DNA of 52,435 nucleotides, filler included, from Catajapyx aquilonaris (lineage: Eukaryota): assembly GCA_000934665.2 (NCBI GenBank). It is 3 parts of 3 records of this genome, joined end to end, with 100 filler letters (N's around TTAATTAATTAA, not from the genome) between each part and the next. Parts side by side here need not be neighbours in the genome. Positions count along the whole stretch, not along the records: positions 1 to 17,039 come from JYFJ02007054.1; positions 17,140 to 35,312 come from JYFJ02007055.1; 1 more part is not named here. One strand, written 5' to 3'. Both the position numbers and the translations under genes were made by a program. Under the pieces are notes generated by a model that saw only the letters and a list, made by a program, of their open reading frames with translations, did not search any database and was not told the origin of the DNA. This document shows, one piece after another, positions 11,061-21,848 of the stretch; within the stretch, counting starts at the first letter, position 1; every line of letters begins with the position of its first letter.

Positions 11061-12106
11061 ATTAATGAATAATAATCCGCGGGCTGCCCGGATTACCCCC
11101 GCATTACCCGGATTACCTAGTTACCTGGTCAAAATGACCTCGTGACCCATTTTGTGGGGGGCAGAGGTCAAATCATAAAATTCATACCTCACCGATTTTC
11201 TTGAAATTCGATGCATTGGTAGCCCACCCCAAGGGATGACAAACGCACCTATATAGTTACCTGATCAAAATGACTCTGTGACCCATTTTTGAGGGGGGCA
11301 GAGGTCAAATAAAATTCCGACCTCACCGATTTTCTTGAAATTCGGTGCATTATTGACATATGCCCCCCTCCAACATCGGTCACAGGGTCATTTCGAGCAG
11401 GTGACTATAGGTGCATTTTCATCCCTTGTGGTGGGCTACCAATGCACCGAATTTCAAGAATATCGGTGATGTCGGGATTTTATTATTTGATCTCTGCCCC
11501 CTCAATAATGGGTCACAGGGTTATTTTGATCAGGTCACTATAGGTGCGTTTTTCATCCATTGGGGTGGGCTACCAATGCACCGAATTTCAAGAAAATCGG
11601 TGAGGTCGGAATTTGACCTCTGCCCCCTTCCAATAGGGTCACTGCGTCATTTTGATCAGGTAACTATATGTGCGTTTTTCATTGATGGTGTTATTGGGCC
11701 TGGACATGGCAAATGCGGGAGCTGTAGATCCAAATTTATAGTCCTCTACTCCAGGAACTTAATTCAAGAGAACATACTATCATGCAAGAAAAGGTAGAGC
11801 TACATCAGGTACAGTATTTCATGAAATACGTTCTAGGGCAGCTCTTCTCATCATCAGTGATGTTGTCCGCAAGCCACGGGCTGTCAGTCCGCCACTAGTT
11901 CACAGCGGTAAAAATATAACTTGCTGTATAATATGTATTGGTACTGGCAGCATCACTTTTAAAATGCACTGGAATTTGGACTTATACAGGGCTATTCATA
12001 AGTCTTGACCCTATTTTAAAAATTCACCAAAAATACACTACACAACAGATAGTTGTAATTAATATACCAAAAGAGCGAGAAAGGATCCGAGTTTCTTTTA
12101 CACACA

Positions 12107-12525
12107 TTACAAAAATGTTCTATGTGTCCTCCTCTGGAGATGCGGCACACATCTAGCCGATACTCAATTTCGCCCCATACGCGAGCAAGCATGTGACATG
12201 CTTGCTCGCGTATGGGGCGAAATGGAGTAAATTTTTGTTAGGTCAATCATTGAGAGTTTGTGACAGCCATGGTGATGCGGTGGCGAAGTTCCTGGACATT
12301 GGCAGTGAGTGGAGGCACAAAGACAGTGTCGTTCACAAATCCCAGTAAGAAAAAGTTGCGAGTTAAATCGGGTGACCAGGGTGGCCACCGCATTAACACC
12401 TCATCATCGGGACTTGTGCGTCCAATCTAACGTCGTGGTAGGTTTTGGTTGAAGTACCATCGCACCTGGGTATGGAAATGAGGTGGAGCACCATCTTGTT
12501 GAAAGAGGTAATCCTCCATGTTCAT
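12107..12525 (-). pseudogene. Transposase C-terminal remnant
   Basis: The minus strand translates to YLFQQDGAPPHFHTQVRWYFNQNLPRR*IGR...WPPWSPDLTRNFFLLGFVNDTVFVPPL... and RLDVCRISRGGHIEHF. These are rosa-type DDD motifs, with a stop and an inserted hairpin. Confidence 0.88.
12163..12227. mobile_element. 65-bp near-perfect palindrome inserted at TA
   Basis: ctcaatttcgccccatacgcgagcaagcatgt-g-acatgcttgctcgcgtatggggcgaaatggag lies between two TA dinucleotides and interrupts the transposase remnant. Confidence 0.7.
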
Positions 12526-13213
12526 TTATAATGTATAATTTATCATTTTCTAACTATTGCCTCCTAGCGGCACAGCAAGGCTACAACACGAGAGGGGTTT
12601 GCTGTAAAAAAAACTCGGATCCTTTCTCGCTCTCTTGGTACATTAATTACAACTATCTGTTGTGTAGTGTATTTTTGGTAAATTTTTAAAATAGGGTCAA
12701 GACTTATGAATAGCCCTGTATAAACATCCATGATTATTGAAGTCGATGGGGTTGGGGTGGTATTGCCTGCCCACCCCTGCAACGTCACCGGTGCTTGGCG
12801 CAGTATAGCCATTGCTACTGTTGCGCCATTAAACCGTCAATCAATCAATTAATCAAAAAATTCAATAATGTTCAGTTGGCATAAAAATGATAAAATCACA
12901 CAAAACGTTATTCATATTTCATAGAGTCTAATGTAATAACTTTTGCATTCGTAATAGCTAGTACGCTATATTCGGCGTGAATGCTTACATTCTTAAATGC
13001 TATAATAAAACACAGGAATATTTATAATGGAGTTTTATAGTTTGTACATATTTTAGAAAAAGAATTTTTTTTAAACCGTAATAAATATAAATATGATAAA
13101 AATGAGCTATATCTGACAACCTCGGTTTGCATTATTTATTTTTCCACCATCATCTGGGGAGTGGGGACGGAATCTAGTCAAAAGTGGAATTTCCCCTCAG
13201 GATATGGTGACAA

Positions 13214-13240
13214 TCACATGACACATGACGTGCACATGAC
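13214..13240. promoter_or_regulatory. Cluster of three CACATGAC (GTCATGTG, M-box/CLEAR-like) motifs upstream of LRSAM1
   Basis: tcacatgacacatgacgtgcacatgac lies ~230-250 bp upstream of the first ATG. Function is inferred. Confidence 0.4.
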
Positions 13241-13468
13241 CGCTGTCATTTGTGTCTGCCCACCGTAGCCGGTCTACGCCACTGGGTCCACGCTAAATTT
13301 CATCCCCCTTCAGTCTGTAAGTAAGCTTCAGCTCCTAGGCTTAGCAAGCCAAGTGACTCCAAGTGCCTATCTTATTTTTATACGGTATCTATTTATTTCA
13401 TGTCAGTACCTGACGACCCTGGAAGACGTGCCTTTTTGTGATGCCATGTGACAAAGGCTTCATAAATA

Positions 13469-13579
13469 ATGGGAAATGGTGCTGCCATAGGAGGAATGCC
13501 TCTATTTAATAGACGAGAGTCTCCGCAAAGCCCCACGAAAATGGATTACAAGAGCCGTCTTGAGCACAAACTGTACCTG
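13469..13579 (+). CDS. LRSAM1: E3 ubiquitin ligase LRSAM1, coding exon 1
   Basis: (MGNGAAIGG)MPLFNRRESPQSPTKMDYKSRLEHKLYL resembles the LRSAM1 N-terminus (MPLF...RLEYQMCL). Donor gtgagc at 13580. The start may instead be the ATG at 13496. Confidence 0.85.
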
Positions 13580-13634
13580 GTGAGCAGTGCAAGTTGCTTG
13601 CGGAGAGTTCATAACCAGACGTGTATGTTTTCAG

Positions 13635-13748
13635 GCACGAGAGAGTCCAGAGCCTGTCTTTGACCTGTCGGGTTGCAACCTGAAAGATGTGCCTGCAGGC
13701 ATATTTTCGTTATGCAAAGTATTCCGGAAGGAATCACTATGGCTGCAG
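13635..13748 (+). CDS. LRSAM1: LRSAM1 coding exon 2
   Basis: ttttcag acceptor; ARESPEPVFDLSGCNLKDVPAGIFSLCKVFRKESLWLQ; donor gtacat; phase 0/0. Confidence 0.9.
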
Positions 13749-13813
13749 GTACATGGGCATTTTGTGGAAGTTTTTTATTGCGGAAGTCTTTAATCCACTG
13801 AATTACTTTGCAG

Positions 13814-13942
13814 GAAAACATCTTGACGTCTCTTTCTCGAGGAGGCGTGCTAAGTGATTTGGTTCTTCTGCAAGTCTTAGATATACACAGTAATAAATTC
13901 TCCAAGCTACCGACTGAGATTGGACAATTAACGCAACTGAGG
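13814..13942 (+). CDS. LRSAM1: LRSAM1 coding exon 3 (LRR)
   Basis: tttgcag acceptor; ENILTSLSRGGVLSDLVLLQVLDIHSNKFSKLPTEIGQLTQLR; donor gtatgt. Confidence 0.9.
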
Positions 13943-14950
13943 GTATGTTTGTTTTGGACAGATTTAAGTAAGACAGCAAATCTGTAGGATTCCTTTTAAA
14001 TTCATGGATCAATATTTTTGGTGCATATGATGTGTATTGGCATGAATGAAAAAGTGAAAGTGAAAATTGTGAAAGAAGTAGCCAAAGTGGGGTATTAAGG
14101 TCAAGTAGCGAAATTTCAGTGTAAAAAAATTCTCAAATGGGCACTGAAAGTGATTGGCATACAATGAAATCCTGGTGGCAGGCAGGGCGATTTTTGGCGC
14201 TGCCAGCTGCCGCAAACTGGCCGCGCCGCCACGTGTTTGCATTGAATCATGTGAAGCCTTTCACACGAGATGCAACTTTTCTTGCGGCCAGACATGCATT
14301 TTGAGACTATAGCTCATCAGGCAGCACGTCCGTGGTGGCGAACAAATCTGCAACACGCCGCCAGAGCAGCGCCGCCTGATTTATGCGGCGGCGCTGCCAT
14401 AGTGGCCTGGTGTGAAAGAGACGTAAGGGGGAATTGATAAGTTTTCCTGCCTATAACACTTTCTCACCTGTACCCCTCAGTTTACCTGGTCTCCAGATCG
14501 TAAAGCTACTTTGGGTTGGTCCCTTGAAAAGTGTTGTATCGAGGTTTTACTGTGTGCAGAAATTTTTACTCTCATTTGTGCAATAATAATTGTTGAAGGT
14601 ACCCAGTTTTTAGAGTGGCATTATATTCAACAAGGGCCTCTTGTAGAAAAGCATTAGGGAAATTTTAAAATATGTGTAGCTGTTCACGGTGCACAATCTG
14701 ACAAAATTGGAGATTTTTGCCATAATTTGAGTTGATACCATCTGCCAAATGACCAAACGACATTAATGAAAATAGTGATTGTGCAGTGGAGGTTGCATTG
14801 TGTGATATCCTTTCAAATGGATTATTACAAAATATTGTATGCTTGACACTTGCTACTGCCTGTTGACTTTTAGTGAAAATCTTTGATATCAATGCATGAC
14901 ATTAATCTGAGATGGTTATATGATAAAACTTACAGATTATTACCTTTCAG

Positions 14951-15251
14951 GTTCTAAATGCTGCTAATAATCACCTGAAACACCTCCCAAATTCACTGGG
15001 GAACTTAGTCCATTTACAACATTTGAATGTATCTGACAATGTGCTCAAGAACCTTCCTGAGACCATTGGAAATTTGACATCACTGTCAACACTGGATATA
15101 AGAGGAAATAAAGATCTGAAAGCATTACCCAAAGAATTATGCCAGGCAAAGATGCTGGAAGTCATACATTTGGATGCAGATAGATTTGTGTTTCCACCTT
15201 CTGAAGTTGCCTCGGAAGGGACTGAATCTCTCATGCGTTACTTATGTGCAG
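14951..15251 (+). CDS. LRSAM1: LRSAM1 coding exon 4 (LRRs and cap)
   Basis: ctttcag acceptor; VLNAANNHLKHLPNSLGNLVHLQHLNVSDNVLKNLPETIGNL...FVFPPSEVASEGTESLMRYLCA; donor gtaagt, phase 1. Confidence 0.92.
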
Positions 15252-15309
15252 GTAAGTTTTACATTTGCAAACATGTCAAGAGTCATGTTAATTTGTGGTT
15301 ATTTTTCAG

Positions 15310-15422
15310 AATCTGATGTGGAATATGTTTCTCCTTCTGAGTGTCAGCCAGTAGTAGTGACACACACTTTCCAGGGCCAGAGCAGTTTGAGCAAATTGCA
15401 GGCATATGATGATGAACTTCAG
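15310..15422 (+). CDS. LRSAM1: LRSAM1 coding exon 5 (gene continues beyond the contig)
   Basis: tttttcag acceptor; ESDVEYVSPSECQPVVVTHTFQGQSSLSKLQAYDDELQ (compare LRSAM1 ESGLEYYPPS); donor gtgtgc. Coiled-coil, SAM and RING exons were not found before the gap. Confidence 0.8.
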
Positions 15423-17039
15423 GTGTGCAGTACTGTCGTGCATTATTAACTTTTGATGCCTGGCTTGGAATGGGCTGAATGAGAGGGAAAGCTAACCTAT
15501 CAGTTGATTTACTAGACAAGCTTTTGCATTGTATTAGAATTTAAATGTTTCAATTTAAAATTCACTAGAAGCTGTTATTTTTTTAGCTTGTTGCGCCCTT
15601 AACCAGGTGCCCTATTCTATAGCAACTGCTATATTCGACGACCTGGGAGTAATGGGACACCTGGATTGGGGTGAAACAAGTTACACAAAAATAACTACTT
15701 CAGGCGATATTAGTGATAATTTAAAATGACTCACGAACTTGGAACACCCTGTATATGAGAAACCCATTCCCAAGGTTGGCATAAGTTAATAATGGCAGGA
15801 CTACTGCAGGAATTTAATATTACTCTGTTGGCCATGTTGCATAGACGAGCTTTTAATGTTTCTTGTTTATTTGAACATATGCAGTATACTGTAGTAATTG
15901 TTACTTGATGAATGAGTTTGTAGAGTACTTAACCCACATATGCTTAGTAACGGCCGAACAATCCACAATGTGGTTGATTTTTACTGTTGCATTTGTGATG
16001 ATGCTGCTAGTCGAATTGCTTGTCCCAATTAGAAGCTTTTGAGCTTTTAGGACATGTTGCATTCACTATGTTTAAACCCTGATGTTGGAAGTGTAGGCTC
16101 AGGCCATTATTTTTAAATGACTGCCTTAAAGGAATTGATAGTGTCTTGCAGGACAATGCTGAAAGTAATTTTGATAGTGTCTTCTAGGACAATGCTGAAA
16201 GTAATTCTTTAGATCTTTGCTTCACAAAAGTTTGCAAATTTGCTTCTGAAATGGAACAAAAAATTGCTGATTCTCACTGCGTTTTTGGTTTTTCTGTTAC
16301 ATTTTGATAAATGGAGAGAAACCGCAATGTGGTAAAATTTATAATCTGCCTAGGAGATAATTAGTATTATCAGCACGACTTATTTGAGCATACCTGTAGA
16401 ACACCTGTCCTACACTTCAATGCTATTGAACAATGAATGGGACAAAACCAGTGGATATTGGAGCAGTTGTGAGCCCATAGGTAGATCATATGTAGCATAG
16501 GTACTGTGGCTCTTGCCTGATTCACATTGTCTGACCCTCAAATGTGCAATTTTTGACCCTTTGTTGAGTTCACTCGTAGATGGCTACAGAACCAAAATCA
16601 GAATAATTACACACCACTTTTTGCCTGATCAGCTGTGTACTGACTACTATCCTGAATTTTTTGAAAGTACGACTACACTGGCAAGATTTTAAATTGCATT
16701 TAATTATCAGTCATTATCATTATCATTTTGAACGCACTCTGAATCAGTTTTACAGACAGTAATTGCACTTTTACTAATTGTAATCACTATAATAGACATG
16801 TTCAGGGTTGCTGAGAGAAGGATGAACAAGGAGGAATAATACATAGAGTGAATAATGAAACAAGGTGATGATTAAGGGCGCACGGTCACGACGATTTTTC
16901 CCACTCGCGGAGGCCAAGTTGGGCCGAGGGACGGGTGCAGCGTTGTGTTCGCACCGCCGGTGTGGCCGTCTCGCTGGAGGTGCGGACCTGAAATTGTCAC
17001 AGCATGGCGAGGAAGAGCCAATTGAGCCTCCCGACCAAG

Positions 17040-17139
17040 NNNNNNNNNNNNNNNNNNNNNNNNNNNNNNNNNNNNNNNNNNNNTTAATTAATTAANNNNN
17101 NNNNNNNNNNNNNNNNNNNNNNNNNNNNNNNNNNNNNNN
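17040..17139. other. Artificial contig-joining spacer
   Basis: 44 N + TTAATTAATTAA (stops in all six frames) + 44 N, identical to 35313-35412. Confidence 0.97.
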
Positions 17140-17481
17140 AGGGTGGGCAACCTACAGCCCGCAAAGACAATTTGTGCGGCCCGCGCAAAAATCGGAATTC
17201 CTGAAAATTTTGAAAAATTAGAATTGCACAATTTTGTCTGTGCCTTTCTTTTTAATTATTTTAAATCCACAAAAACTTCGTTTTTTTATTTATACACGTC
17301 ACTTAGTTAATTTTATCGATTTTCAGAGAATTTAATAATAATTTATGCAATTAATGGAAGTTCATTTAAAACGATGAATATATAATTTTAAACTTTTTAA
17401 TAATTTCTTTTGTTAGATGCGGCCCGTCAAATTTTTTAAATCTCTATGCGGCCCATGGAGAAAAAAGGTTGCCCACCCCTG
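17140..17481. mobile_element. hAT (Charlie-like) MITE
   Basis: Termini agggtgggcaacct ... aggttgcccacccctg with gcggccc subterminal motifs. The left end is clipped by the gap. Confidence 0.8.
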
Positions 17482-17499
17482 AGTTAGGGGAGCAAGGCT

Positions 17500-17685
17500 G
17501 GATTATTCAGAGGCCCTCGAGCTAGCTTTTGCTTCTTTGAAACTGGAGGAGCGGACGTGACGTCACGAATCTTTGAAGGCGCCGTACGCATTAACTATGC
17601 AACGGCGGCCAAAACTAATTGCACATCCCTATATTAGTTTTGTGAGTACTACCTGGTGATTATCTGTAAGTTTCCCTTCACCCTG
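17500..17685. mobile_element. Partial copy of the Tc1/mariner MITE at 24806-25248
   Basis: Homologous to ~25054-25248 and ends ttcaccctg|TA. Confidence 0.75.
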
Positions 17686-18251
17686 TATTGTCAGAAAATA
17701 TGGAACAACTAGTTTGTGACTGCTGCAAAATTCCATGGCCAAGAGTAGGCTGTAAATAGGAATGAAAATAAATTAGGACCTGCTTGATTTTTACTGTCTA
17801 TTTAAGAGTCTAATTTGACTTTTTAGGAACTAACTGCCTACTTTTTTGAGGGGTTTTTAGAACCTAAAAATCCAGTATCTTTAATAACACAGGCCTGCGA
17901 TGAAATTTTTTTCTTTAAAATGATTTCTTAAAAGTGATTTCTATGTTTTTTTTAATGTTGATTTCGGGGAAAATACGCAAAATCTTCTATCACCCACAGT
18001 TTTTGAGATATATCGTTTCAAAACTTTGAAGGATTTACTAAGGGTCTTTCCGAATCAAGTGGGCCGGATCTTGGTCAAAATAATCACAGATGTACTCAAC
18101 TATACGTTAATGCTGCTTATAAAATTTACTCCATTGAGCAATACCATGACGAGGAAAAAAATCGCAAAAATCTGGAAATGACTGAAAATGAGGCATTTTT
18201 GGGAGAATTTTTTTCGGTTAATGGAAGTGATCAGAACCTAATGAACATATA

Positions 18252-19353
18252 CAGGTGATTCTCCAAAAACTTGCCAATACCATGTCCCAGCATAATAACT
18301 CAAAAATGGCTCGACTGAGAGAGTTGATTTTTTAAATATTTGTAGAATCAGTTGACACCTAGCCATCCCCATGAAAACAAAGAAAAATATTAAATTAAGT
18401 TTTACTGCAAAAAATGTCTAAGGGCCTAAAATCACTATTCTTGGCATGTCCCGATCTCATTTTAAAGCATGCTATATTTTCTTACAATTTTTTCATTAAC
18501 ATTAGACAAGTTTCAATACTATAATTAAATTGTACATAGTTGCAGGTATAAAACAACATTTTAAAAACGATTTATTCATTTGACATGACCTTGCTGCATC
18601 ACTCCAAAGTGTCCCCCGAGTTTTCCCAGAAATAAAAAGTTCACACTCCTGGCTCATTTTTCTATGTCAAATTATAGCTTAAATGTTTTGAAATAACTGT
18701 GATTCCATGGCATGAAGGGTCTTCATGAACCCACAGAAATTTCCAGAGTCAACGTTTGTTCTGGACCGTGATATTAATCCTAATGCATCCAAAGCCATTC
18801 TTCTGGCTCTCAAACTCCCGGAAATAATATTCAGTCTCTTGGGGGAGGCGGAGTGGTGCTGCGGTAACGAAAGCACCCACGGATGTTAAGGTACCGGGTT
18901 CGATCCCAGCCTGTCGTGCTGAGTTCAGGGCGGTTCAGGGTCACCTCTGGCTTCGTCTCGGGTGGTATTTCCACAGACTAAACCACCCGGGGGAGTTCAC
19001 TAAAAATGGCCACAGGGTCAGATGCACTGCACCTTGCACATCCCCTCCTGTCATCCTGCCCGTGGGCCCGGGCTTTGATTAAATAGGCACCATGTACTGA
19101 ACAACTCAAAATACAATAAAGGTCCATGCGATATACCCGGGAAGGGGTGAAAGCATTACCCACAAATTATATTATTATATATATTATTATTATATTCACT
19201 CTCCTGGCATTAGAATATCAGTTAGTTCCCCATATTTTTCCTTGATTTGTGACCTCATATAGAATAAGTGAGAATTTTTGCAGATTTTTAAAACAAGTTT
19301 TGAAATTCATTAATTCTTGCTTTGAAAATGGTAAGTTTTTGGAGAATCACCCA
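18252..19353. mobile_element. Tc1/mariner-type non-autonomous element
   Basis: TA|CAGGTGATTCTCCAAAAACTT ... AAGTTTTTGGAGAATCACCCA|TA. Confidence 0.7.
18841..19191 (+). mobile_element. tRNA-derived SINE
   Basis: A-box-like tggtgctgcgg, B box ggttcgatccc, AT-rich (tat)n tail, and imperfect TSD atattca(g/c)tctc. Confidence 0.8.
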
Positions 19354-20086
19354 TACATTAAAAAAAAGAAGCACCAGGAGAATGTGTCGCTGGAATTAGT
19401 TTTCCTCTAAAATGCAAAAATAAATTTTTATAACATTTCATTGGTCACTTGCTCAGTCTCATGCCCAAGAATTGTGACCTCAACAATAAATTAGTGATGT
19501 GTTTGCGTTACATCAGTCATATTTGGTGACACTAGTTGTGATTGACACAAGGTTCAGTATGTTAAGTTAGAGGCCTTGGTCATGCATGGTTCGCGAGAAA
19601 ATAATAGATAATAATATATATTATAATATATATCATAATAAATATAAAAGGCCTGCGATGCAATTTTTTTTCTTCAAAGTGAGAGGTGTTTCTTATGTAT
19701 TTTTTGATGCTGATTTCGGGAAAAATACGCGAAAACTTCTATCACGTACAGTTTCGACACAAATAGAGAATTTCTATCTGGTTGCCTACATACCGGGCGG
19801 ACTCCTACAAAAATGTGTCAAACCAATATTTAGCTTAGAAAATAGGTATTTCAGGTCAACAACGACAATTTGTTTTTGTATTTTTTTTTTTCATTACCCC
19901 ACTTAGGGAGCTACTTACTCCTTGGGGGGGGGAGGGGGGGGGACCATCGGGATTTGTTGGAGAGTGTTAAGAAGGATCTTATGAGTTTACTCCAAGGGTA
20001 GGTGGGAGGGGAAGTGCAGAGTGCATGTGCGCTGTCGTTGAGTGGTCATTTTGTGAACTCTACCGGGTGGATTAGTCTTTAGGAAA

Positions 20087-21848
20087 GGACCTCATGCATT
20101 AAACATACTATAAAGGATCCAGAGGGGGAGGTGTGGTGGCCGAGATGGCAACGTCTCGGCTTGCTGAGTGAAAGGCCCCAGGTTCGATCCCCGCCTGGGG
20201 AACTTCCTTTCACCTGCGTCAGGAGGGTCTCTGACCTGCACCAAGGAGGTGTCTGGCAACCTAACCTCCTGGGGGACTGCACATGGCCCAAAAGCCTCGA
20301 CAATGCACCTGCACAAGTGTCCCCTCCCCAACAATCCCTTTCCCTACCCTATATCCTGAACCAGTCCTTGCACGGAGATTGAAGTTAAATAGAAAAAAAA
20401 CTGTATGGTGGTCTGCCACCCCCCGAAAGGCCCATAGAGGGCCATCAAGGGGTACGTAAAGTAAAAATAAAAAAAGAAAGAAAAAAAAAGGATCCAGAAA
20501 CTGATTTCTTTGTGCTTCGGATATGTTGTTGGGGATGGCGAGTAGGCCCTGTGTGCAAAAGGAGCGGCCTCGACCATGACCTAGCCTTTAAAAAATCGCC
20601 ACGCCCAAACGACTTTGATTTAAGAAATGATTTTTGGCATGGAGGTATATCTAGCCTAGTACTATCTAACGCTACGATATAATTCCATATAGCTCATCTC
20701 TGATTGGCCGAAATAGACAACGAGTGAAAAACAAGTGGCCTTTTTACCAATTTAAAGCTGGCCGCCCAACATGACGTATACCTTATTTGACAGCTCCAAA
20801 GAAGTTTTACACCATATTAAAAAATCAGACAATTCTATCCGTGGACTGCTATATTTTATTTAGTAACAACCAAACACTACCCTTATAATTCACACAAATG
20901 TACTACTACCCACCTTTTATACTATTTTGAGGCATTCTTGGAGTTCATGAATCTCAAAATAACATGACGAAGGTCTTCGGCGAATATAATGCGATTCACG
21001 AGTCACGGCCTGTTAGGCTCCACCCACCTCCTCCCAACGTCAGCGGCGGAAGAAATCAGGCCTGGAATGCTCGTGATTCTCGCGAGTAGGAGCCATTGGT
21101 GCGGGGTTCGGTTTCAACAAGGGATAGGTGGTTCGTCGTATTTCCAGGCCTGGTTGTGTCCCCCCCCCCATGGAATCCACTGCTGCCCAGTGCTCTCCCC
21201 CATCCTCCTGTCAGGCGTGTGAGGCCATGGTGGACGCGGACGTGGCAACCTCGCCTTCAGAGGGCGGACGACGAGCCAGGACTCGTGAATCGCATAATAT
21301 TCGCCGAAGACCTTCATCATGTTATTTTGAGATTCATGAACTCCAAGAATGCCTCAAAATAGTATAAAAGGTGGGTAGTAGTGCATTTGTGTGAATTATA
21401 AGGGTAGTGTTTGGTTGTTACTAAATAAAATATAGCGGTCCACGGATAGAATTGTCTGATTTTTTAATATGGTGTAAAACTTCTTTGGAGCTGTCAAATA
21501 AGGTATACGTCATGTTGGGCGGCCAGCTTTAAATTGGTAAAAAGGCCACTTGTTTTTCACTCGTCTATTTCGGCCAATCAGAGACGAGCCATATGGAATT
21601 ATATCGTAGCGTTAGATAGTACTAGGCTAGATATACCTCCATGCCAAAAATCATTTCTTAAATCAAAGTCGTTTGGGCGTGGGGATTTTTTAAAGGCTAG
21701 GTCACGTGACCGGCCTACAAGCCTAACCGCGGCCAATCAAGGCCGCTCCTTTTGCACACGGGGCCTACTCGCCACCCCCAACAACATATCCGAAGCACGA
21801 AGAAATCAGTTTTTGGATCCTTTTTAGTATGTTTAATGCATGAGGTCC
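20087..21848. mobile_element. Second Spy-like non-autonomous element (long TIRs, no TSD)
   Basis: AAA|GGACCTCATGCATTAAAC ... GTTTAATGCATGAGGTCC|TTT with ~550-bp arms. The left arm is interrupted by a SINE, and the host SINE rejoins with no duplication. Confidence 0.85.
20124..20486 (+). mobile_element. tRNA-derived SINE inserted in the left TIR of the Spy-like element
   Basis: A box tggccgagatgg, B box ggttcgatccc, A-rich tail and TSD aaaggatccaga. It is absent from the opposite TIR. Confidence 0.85.

Larger units (their letters stand above)
7281..11400 (+). repeat. Local duplication, copy 2
   Basis: Colinear with 105-4249, but interrupted at ~9396-11060 by unrelated repeats. Confidence 0.88.
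9306..11690 (+). mobile_element. piggyBac-like non-autonomous element fragment (interrupted ~9396-11060)
   Basis: Starts TTAA|CCTTTTGATGACGG. Its ~120-bp internal subrepeats (acctgatcaaaatgacc...ttcttgaaattcggtgcattggtagcc) are shared with 32395-34943. Confidence 0.6.
11987..12718 (-). mobile_element. Internally deleted Tc1/mariner (rosa/DD41D-like) element
   Basis: ~110-bp TIRs CAGGGCTATTCATAAGTCTTGACCC with a TA TSD; contains a transposase remnant. Confidence 0.9.

Noticed and set aside
16135..16206. Tandem duplication of a ~36-bp unit in an LRSAM1 intron
   Set aside because: Ordinary slippage duplication with no sign of function.
16800..16870. Possible LRSAM1 exon 6 after ttcag
   Set aside because: The required phase-0 frame stops almost immediately (GGT TGC TGA).
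17040..17139. TTAATTAATTAA palindrome between N runs (also 35313-35412)
   Set aside because: Assembly linker with six-frame stops, not biological. Synteny across it should not be assumed.
18841..20200. tRNA genes suggested by A/B boxes
   Set aside because: The boxes head longer tailed elements with TSDs (SINEs), and no full cloverleaf is evident.
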